From an uncultured Planctomycetota bacterium (GTDB lineage Bacteria > Planctomycetota > Planctomycetia > Isosphaerales > Isosphaeraceae): DNA of 64,000 bases. A model generated the notes under the pieces. That model made no database searches and was not told the origin of the DNA. It saw only the letters and a list, made by a program, of their open reading frames with translations. This document shows positions 58,236 through 64,000 of this stretch, one piece after another. The stretch spans positions 1,120,001 to 1,184,000 of the forward strand of contig CAWGMQ010000003.1 of NCBI GenBank assembly GCA_963823665.1, given 5' to 3'. Position 1 is the stretch's first letter. Each line of letters opens with the position of its first letter. The position numbers and the translations under genes were made by a program.

Positions 58236-58534
58236 CCGTCCGGTACTGAGCTGATGCCGACTTGACGTAGATTTCGATGATTTCTTAGGGGTTTACGATA
58301 ACCCCGCTGTTCTTCGCATTGTAGCCGCGTCGGCATCACAGGGGGCAACATCTGTGGAAGAATTGCAGAGGATCCTTGATCGGTATTCCTGTTCGGTTTT
58401 CGTGTCTGGCGCCCTCTTCGAGATCCCACAAAGTGACGCTGTGACGGAGATGGACGGTGGCGGTTCCGGGGTAGCCTGCCGATGAAGAGGGTGACGGGGC
58501 GGCGATGAGCGCGCCGGCCGAAACCAAGAGGAAC

Positions 58535-58556
58535 GGTCCGCAGTGGCGGACCCTAC
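58535..58556 (-). repeat. GTAG-type REP (GTAGGGTCCGCCACTGCGGACC)
   Basis: GTAG tetranucleotide plus GGTCCGC/GCGGACC palindrome. Confidence 0.65.
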
Positions 58557-58611
58557 GAGAGACGGGACGCTGCGATGGTGGTTCACTGTGCACGCGGTTT
58601 CCTTCGGGCTC

Positions 58612-59497
58612 TTATCGGTGACCCGGCAAAGAGCTGGAACGGTCGGCGGGCTGGGGCGCTGCTACTCGGTTCTCGTCGCTGTACGCTGACGAGCTCTCCA
58701 TAATCCTGATTTGTTCGAGGACGTCGTCGGTATGATCCTCAAGCGGCAACCGAGGCTCTCCCAGGGCAATCCGCACTCGGGTGCACGCCAGCTCGTGCGC
58801 CAGTTTCGGGAGCTCGTCGACAACTGTGGTTGCGCTCAGACGATGGTGTATCGATTTCGCGAAGTCGAGTCGTACCCGCGCGGGATCAGCCGAGATGCCG
58901 AGGATTGTGCCGCACAATCGCCGGATGTCCTTCTCCCGTTTCGTCATCTGGAATGGGAAAAGATACGTGCATAGGCCGGCGGCCGTTCCGATGCCGAAAC
59001 ACGACCCAACGCAAATGGCGATGATGGTCTTTCGGTCATCGAGGTGGTAGCCATTGCCCGTCAGCCACATCATGCACATCATGAACGTGCCGATGAAGCC
59101 CGCGACGGCCAGCGCTCCGAAGACGCCCCGGGCATATGCCATCACGACCGATAGCTTATCGACACGCGCAAGCGGTAGACCCTCGATCGCCCTCGAGTGA
59201 GTCGTAAGGATCAACGGGATGCCACCAGAGGTCGATTTGCCCAAGCGGACCAGGTGATGCACTTTCGCGGAGCGAAAGGCAACCTTGTGAGATGCGCTCA
59301 CGAGCGAGCCCGTGAGTTCGGCGGCGAGGGCTTTTGAGATGCTCGGGGCGACTTCAGCGCGTTTGAGTGCCCTGTTTATTTGCGCTGTGAGGTGCGACCT
59401 GCGTAATCCGACCTCGGTCGATCGAGAATGCCGAGTTGTTCGGAAATTGGCGCAAAAAATCTGGCCCGTTTGTAGATCATTCAGGGTAGGGAGCATT
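58612..59497 (-). CDS. Hypothetical membrane protein (two TM helices); start uncertain
   Basis: Long ORF with two hydrophobic segments. Confidence 0.5.
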
Positions 59498-60120
59498 TGA
59501 AAGCCACGGCGTCGCCGCTGGTGTGGATGGTTGTGGCTTGGCAGGCCATGGACTGGAATGGACGGCATCAACTCAGTCAATAACAACGGGGCGCCGGATC
59601 ATGGGTGGCGAGGAGATGACAAGATGACGGCAGCAGGAATTGACGGGGTGAAAACGTGTGGTGCGGCGGAACGTGCCGGAGACGCCGATGCGGGCCGTTC
59701 GTCGGTCGCTCGGAACAACGGAGAACGCACAATGGCCGACGGCGACGTGCCGCCTCCCGACGCCGGCTATTTACACCAGTGTACGGATGCTGGAAGCCCC
59801 CTCAGAAATTGCCACTTATTGCCATTTTTCGTGGGACTCGACGATTGCTTCCGGCCGGAGCGACTGCTCTGCAAGTTCAATAGGCATCATCGAATAGGAA
59901 CGGAGCGAGGCGTTTTTCGATGATGGCAAAAGCTCATGGCAATGGTCTCTGAAAATTGCCACGGTAAATCCATGAGGTTGTTCACTATGTTTTGGGCCTT
60001 TTTTTCGAGCGACTTCGACCGGAGATCGGCGCTCCTTTGGGGGCGCGGACTTCCCTGCGCGCGACCCCCATCCACCGCCGGCGGCGGCAACTCCCCCGCA
60101 ATGGCACACGGAATGCCGAA

Positions 60121-60195
60121 GCCCCTTCGCGAAGCGAAGGGCGACAATCGGGATGGATTCAGAATCCCTTCGCGGAGAGCGAAGGGCGACAATGG
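60121..60195. repeat. Two palindromic REP-like units CCCTTCGC..GCGAAGGGCGACAAT
   Basis: Direct copies at about 60123 and 60166. Confidence 0.7.
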
Positions 60196-60444
60196 GGCGG
60201 GGGTTTGCCGAAATGATTTCAACGATGAGGGCAAGGTCGCGGGCTGCGCCGTGGCGATTCATCATCAAAGGCAGGTGCATGCGGGCAAGGTTTCGGCTTT
60301 GGAATTTCCGGATGACTTGCCGTCTCGACCGAGCGACTGCGTTCCCGTAGTCCTTGTGGGGTAAGGACGCGCGACGAATGTTCAAAACGAAGTGGCCGGT
60401 CGGGATGGACGGCTGAACATAGATCGCGCGACTGAGGGTGGTCG

Positions 60445-60805
60445 GAGACCGCGCCCAACGTGCGAGGAGGACGGCGGCGGTCAAGAGGAGACCTACGGTC
60501 GGGCGCACGGCGGGGTCGGAGACCCGCGCCGAACAAGACCTACGGCCGGGCGCACGGCGGCGACCCTTCCGGTGCCCGAGACCCGCGCCGAACAAGACCT
60601 TCGATCGGGCGGACGGCGGGGTCGGAGACCCGCGCCGAACAAGACCTACGGTCGGGCGCACGGCGGCGACCCTTCCGGTGCCCGAGACCCGCGCCGAACA
60701 AGACCTTCGATCGGGCGGACGGCGGCGACCCTTCGGATGCCCGAGACCCGCGCCGAACATGAGGGCCCTCACGATGCCAGCGGGGTCGGAGACCCGCGCC
60801 GAACA
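60445..60805. repeat. REP/BIME-like array with 6 copies of GAGACCCGCGCCGAACA
   Basis: Copies at 60519, 60578, 60625, 60684, 60743, 60789; linkers are themselves repeated. Confidence 0.9.
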
Positions 60806-61358
60806 GCACGAGGGCGCGTTCACAGTTAACAGAGAAATCCCGCAAAGCATGGCAGGATCGCTACAATCCGGAGCTACCTGGCTGTGAAATGACGTAGATG
60901 ACGCAGATGACGCAGGTCAGCATCTCCTATGCGCGTGCCTTCGCGATGGTAACAGCGTCATCGATCTCACCGCTCCTCCGGCGACTTGACCCCGTTGGCT
61001 GGCATTCTTACCCCCATTCTTGCTCCGCGCATCGCGTTTGCGGAAGCTTGCCGCACAGGGACGTCCGGCAGGAGTGCCGGAACTACGGGGAGGTTGGGTC
61101 GTTCCCGTAATGCTTATAGGGCAAGGCGCATCGTCAGATTATCAAAACGAACTCGCCCGCCGGGGGGAAGCTTTGTGAGTGAGAGGGGGCGACGGGACGT
61201 TGCGGCAATCCTTGGTCTTGGGCGACCGCTCTGGATCGCAGAGGGGCGTCGAAGCGAGCTTGAGGCGTGGATATACTTGATCGTAGGGTCAAACGGGTTG
61301 GACCTGTTGTAGAGAATCAGTCGCATGCGGCCGCGCACCTGAGGAGTCTGTTTGGAAC

Positions 61359-61880
61359 ATGCCAACATCGAGGCACTGTCTTTTGATCGTTGACGACGAG
61401 CCGCATGTGTGCGACTCGGTGCATGACCTGTTGCGGCGCGAGTTTCGCGTGCTCAAGGCCAATAGTGCCGAGGAGGGCTATCGGCTCATGCAGGACGAGG
61501 AAGTGCACATCGTGATGTCGGACCAGCGGATGCCGCAGATCACGGGCGTCGAGATGCTGACGAAAGTGAAATCGCGTTATCCGCAGGCGATCCGGATGCT
61601 GTTCACGGGCTATGCCGACCTGGAATCGATCATCGCGGCGATCAATCAGGGGCATATCTTTCAGTTCATGAAGAAGCCGTGGCAGCCGGAGGAGCTGCAA
61701 GCGGCGGTGCGACTGGCCGCAGCCGAGTTTGACCGGCTCGAGGCCGCCGCGCATGAACGCGACCACCTGGTGTCGGAAGTCGGGGAGCTGAAGCAGCGGG
61801 TGACAGCTCTCGAGACCGAGGTAAAACGTCTTCAGGCTGTTTCCCTGAGCGGATCATCGCGTCCCGGGGCGCCGGCCTGA
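61359..61880 (+). CDS. Response regulator (receiver plus coiled coil)
   Basis: LIVDDE, SDQRMP, FTGYAD, KPW. Confidence 0.92.
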   Translation: MPTSRHCLLIVDDEPHVCDSVHDLLRREFRVLKANSAEEGYRLMQDEEVHIVMSDQRMPQITGVEMLTKVKSRYPQAIRMLFTGYADLESIIAAINQGHIFQFMKKPWQPEELQAAVRLAAAEFDRLEAAAHERDHLVSEVGELKQRVTALETEVKRLQAVSLSGSSRPGAPA

Positions 61881-61994
61881 CTCATGGCGAAGTGCGATCG
61901 CCGGCGAGGGCGGGACCGGGGTGGAAGAGAGTTGGACCGGGGAACGAACTTCGACGAGACTGAATCCGGTGATTGAAGCGGCGGAGCAAATCCG

Positions 61995-63200
61995 ATGGGG
62001 CAGAAGCGACACACACTCCTGATCGTCGACGACGAGCCGGATGTTCTGGACAGCTTGCGCCACCAGTTTCATCGGAGCTATCGCGTGCTCACGCGCACGA
62101 GCGGTGTGGAGGCGGTGGAGACACTGGCGAACGATGAGGTTGATCTGATCCTTTCCGACCAGCGGATGCCGGGTATGACCGGCGACCAGTTCCTCAAACG
62201 CGCCAGAGAGCTCAAGCCCGAGGCGATCCGGATGCTCTTCACGGGATACGCCGATATCCAGGCTGTTATCAGCGCGGTGAATGAAGGGCACATTTTCCGC
62301 TACATATTGAAGCCATGGGATTCGACCGAGCTTGAAGGGATCATCCGCCAGGGGGTCGATCAATACGATCTGCTCGCGGAACGGCGGCGGCTGATTGCGG
62401 AACTGCAGTCGACCAACGGGCAGCTCGTGGCCGCCAATCACGAACTTGCCCGCGCGGGCAAGCTGAAGACGGCATTCATCGAAGTGGCCAGTCACGAATT
62501 CAATACGCCGATCAACCTGGTGCTGGGGTTCACCGAGCTGCTCAAGCTATCGAACCCGAATCGTCCGGACCAGGAGCTGGAAATCCTGCGGCAGATCACG
62601 TCGAGCGGACGTCAACTGGCGCGGCTGGTGACGAACATGCTCACGCTGCTTCGCGCCGAAGATTTCCGGAGGACGCTCAAGACGGAGCCGGTGAACCTGA
62701 TCGAGCTGATGCAGAAGGTTGTCGAGCAAGTGCGTCCGTTTCTGGACGCGCGGCGGCTCAAACTTTTGACCGAGCTGGAGGAAGACCTGGGACCATTCGA
62801 GCTCGACGCGGAGAAGATCAGTGCGGTGCTCATCAACGTGATCACGAATGCGATCAAATTCACACCCGACGGGGGGACGATCGAGCTGGTGGGACGGGCG
62901 GCGCCTGAGCAGATGGTCGAGATCCTGGTACAAGACCGTGGCGTGGGGCTTCTACCCGAGGAACTCAAGCATGTGTTTCAGCCGTTCTTCACACAGCTCG
63001 ATCCCAGCCGGCACTCATCGGGCGACTTTGGCTTCAACAAGCGTGGGCTGGGCCTGGGCCTCTCGATCGCCAAGAGCTTTGTCGAGATGCACGGGGGAAC
63101 GATTTCGGCCGAGTGCCGCGACGGAGGAGGCACGCGCATCACTGTGCGTTTGCCTCGCCTGGCGAACCGAGGCGATGCACCACTCGAGCGAGGAACTTGA
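61995..63200 (+). CDS. Hybrid receiver-histidine kinase
   Basis: N-terminal receiver; SHEFNTP H-box; NAIKFT, DRGVG, GLGLGL. Confidence 0.93.
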   Translation: MGQKRHTLLIVDDEPDVLDSLRHQFHRSYRVLTRTSGVEAVETLANDEVDLILSDQRMPGMTGDQFLKRARELKPEAIRMLFTGYADIQAVISAVNEGHIFRYILKPWDSTELEGIIRQGVDQYDLLAERRRLIAELQSTNGQLVAANHELARAGKLKTAFIEVASHEFNTPINLVLGFTELLKLSNPNRPDQELEILRQITSSGRQLARLVTNMLTLLRAEDFRRTLKTEPVNLIELMQKVVEQVRPFLDARRLKLLTELEEDLGPFELDAEKISAVLINVITNAIKFTPDGGTIELVGRAAPEQMVEILVQDRGVGLLPEELKHVFQPFFTQLDPSRHSSGDFGFNKRGLGLGLSIAKSFVEMHGGTISAECRDGGGTRITVRLPRLANRGDAPLERGT

Positions 63201-63970
63201 TGCCCACTGCCCTGATTGTGGAAGACGAACCCGAGGCCAACAAGTTACTGGCGATGCTCGTGCAACTACGTGGCTACCAGACGGAATCGGCACTCGACGG
63301 CGCGGAGGCGATTGACCAGCTCAAGAAGCAGGTTTTCGATGTGATTTTCCTGGACCTGATGCTTCCGGACGCGGATGGCTACGACATCTGCCGAGCGCTC
63401 AAAGCCTCGGGCGACACGCGAGGCGTCCCCGTGATCATCGTGACAGCGCGGATCACCGTGGAGAACCGGATGGAAAGCTTCCGCGCGGGAGCCGACGATT
63501 TCATTCCCAAGCCTTATATGCCCGACCAGATCTTCGAGGCACTGGCACATGCTCAGGATTGCCGGGCGCAGGTCGAGTCGTCGCTGGTCGAAGGAGAGGC
63601 GGTGCTCGACGCGCGCGATGAGGGGGAAACGCTACGCAGCCTGGCGCGGCTGCGGAACGCCCTCTCGACCCGAAGCGGCCTGGAGCGCGAAACGATCGAG
63701 GAGCTGACTCGTGTGATCAAGGCGATCTGGTCGAGCGCGATTGAATGGGGGAATCGCCGCAAGCTGGAGCGGGTGGCGTCCATCACGTACTCGCTCTCCG
63801 GGGATCGCCTCTGCCTGACGATCAGCGACGAGGCGGGCTGGCTCGAGGCTGGGAGCGGGCTTCTAGCAAGGTTGCCCGCGGGACTGGTGAACGGCGCGAT
63901 GTTCGACGAGGTCATTCACGATCCGGGCACACTCAGCGTGAAGCTGATCAAACGGATTCGGCCAGATTGA
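63200..63970 (+). CDS. Response regulator with C-terminal RsbW/HATPase-like domain
   Basis: LIVEDE, LDLMLPD, VTAR, KP; C-terminal SAIEWGNR..LTISDE. Confidence 0.8.
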   Translation: MPTALIVEDEPEANKLLAMLVQLRGYQTESALDGAEAIDQLKKQVFDVIFLDLMLPDADGYDICRALKASGDTRGVPVIIVTARITVENRMESFRAGADDFIPKPYMPDQIFEALAHAQDCRAQVESSLVEGEAVLDARDEGETLRSLARLRNALSTRSGLERETIEELTRVIKAIWSSAIEWGNRRKLERVASITYSLSGDRLCLTISDEAGWLEAGSGLLARLPAGLVNGAMFDEVIHDPGTLSVKLIKRIRPD

Positions 63971-64000
63971 GGGTGAGGATTTTGCCGATGAGCATTTCTC

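Noticed and set aside
17390..60000. Prophage or conjugative element
   Set aside because: No capsid, terminase, relaxase, T4SS or integrase genes recognised
60445..60805. CRISPR array
   Set aside because: The repeat is only about 17-22 bp, the spacers are copies of each other, and no cas genes are present

Overview
GC-rich bacterial DNA, most likely a Planctomycete (Isosphaeraceae-like): it has LEPRxLL-type secreted proteins, ECF sigma/Ser-Thr kinase/TPR modules and REP-like repeats. Many genes carry single-base frameshifts, which look like uncorrected long-read errors. About 1-17 kb is core genome (SDR, S8 protease, kdsB, cysE, DAACS symporter, lipoate ligase, FHA, MoxR, two tandem TPR-sulfotransferases, lgt, panC, ferredoxin, GT39-like). 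About 61-64 kb is a response regulator/histidine kinase cluster. Between them lies an accessory region of about 43 kb. Its most striking feature is three co-oriented, 5'-truncated tRNA-Leu(CAA) copies (39924-39993, 52064-52131, 58167-58235). All three break at the same D-loop base and each is followed by an att-arm-like sequence. They divide the region into integrase-less cassettes carrying ECF sigma + Ser/Thr kinase-TPR modules, giant secreted repeat proteins and toxin-antitoxin pairs. Also present: nested group II intron 5' remnants interrupted by an IS4, a second IS4 inserted in a REP palindrome, a catalytically degenerate P1B-type ATPase with a small GxxxG partner (ferrosome-like), and several REP-like families.
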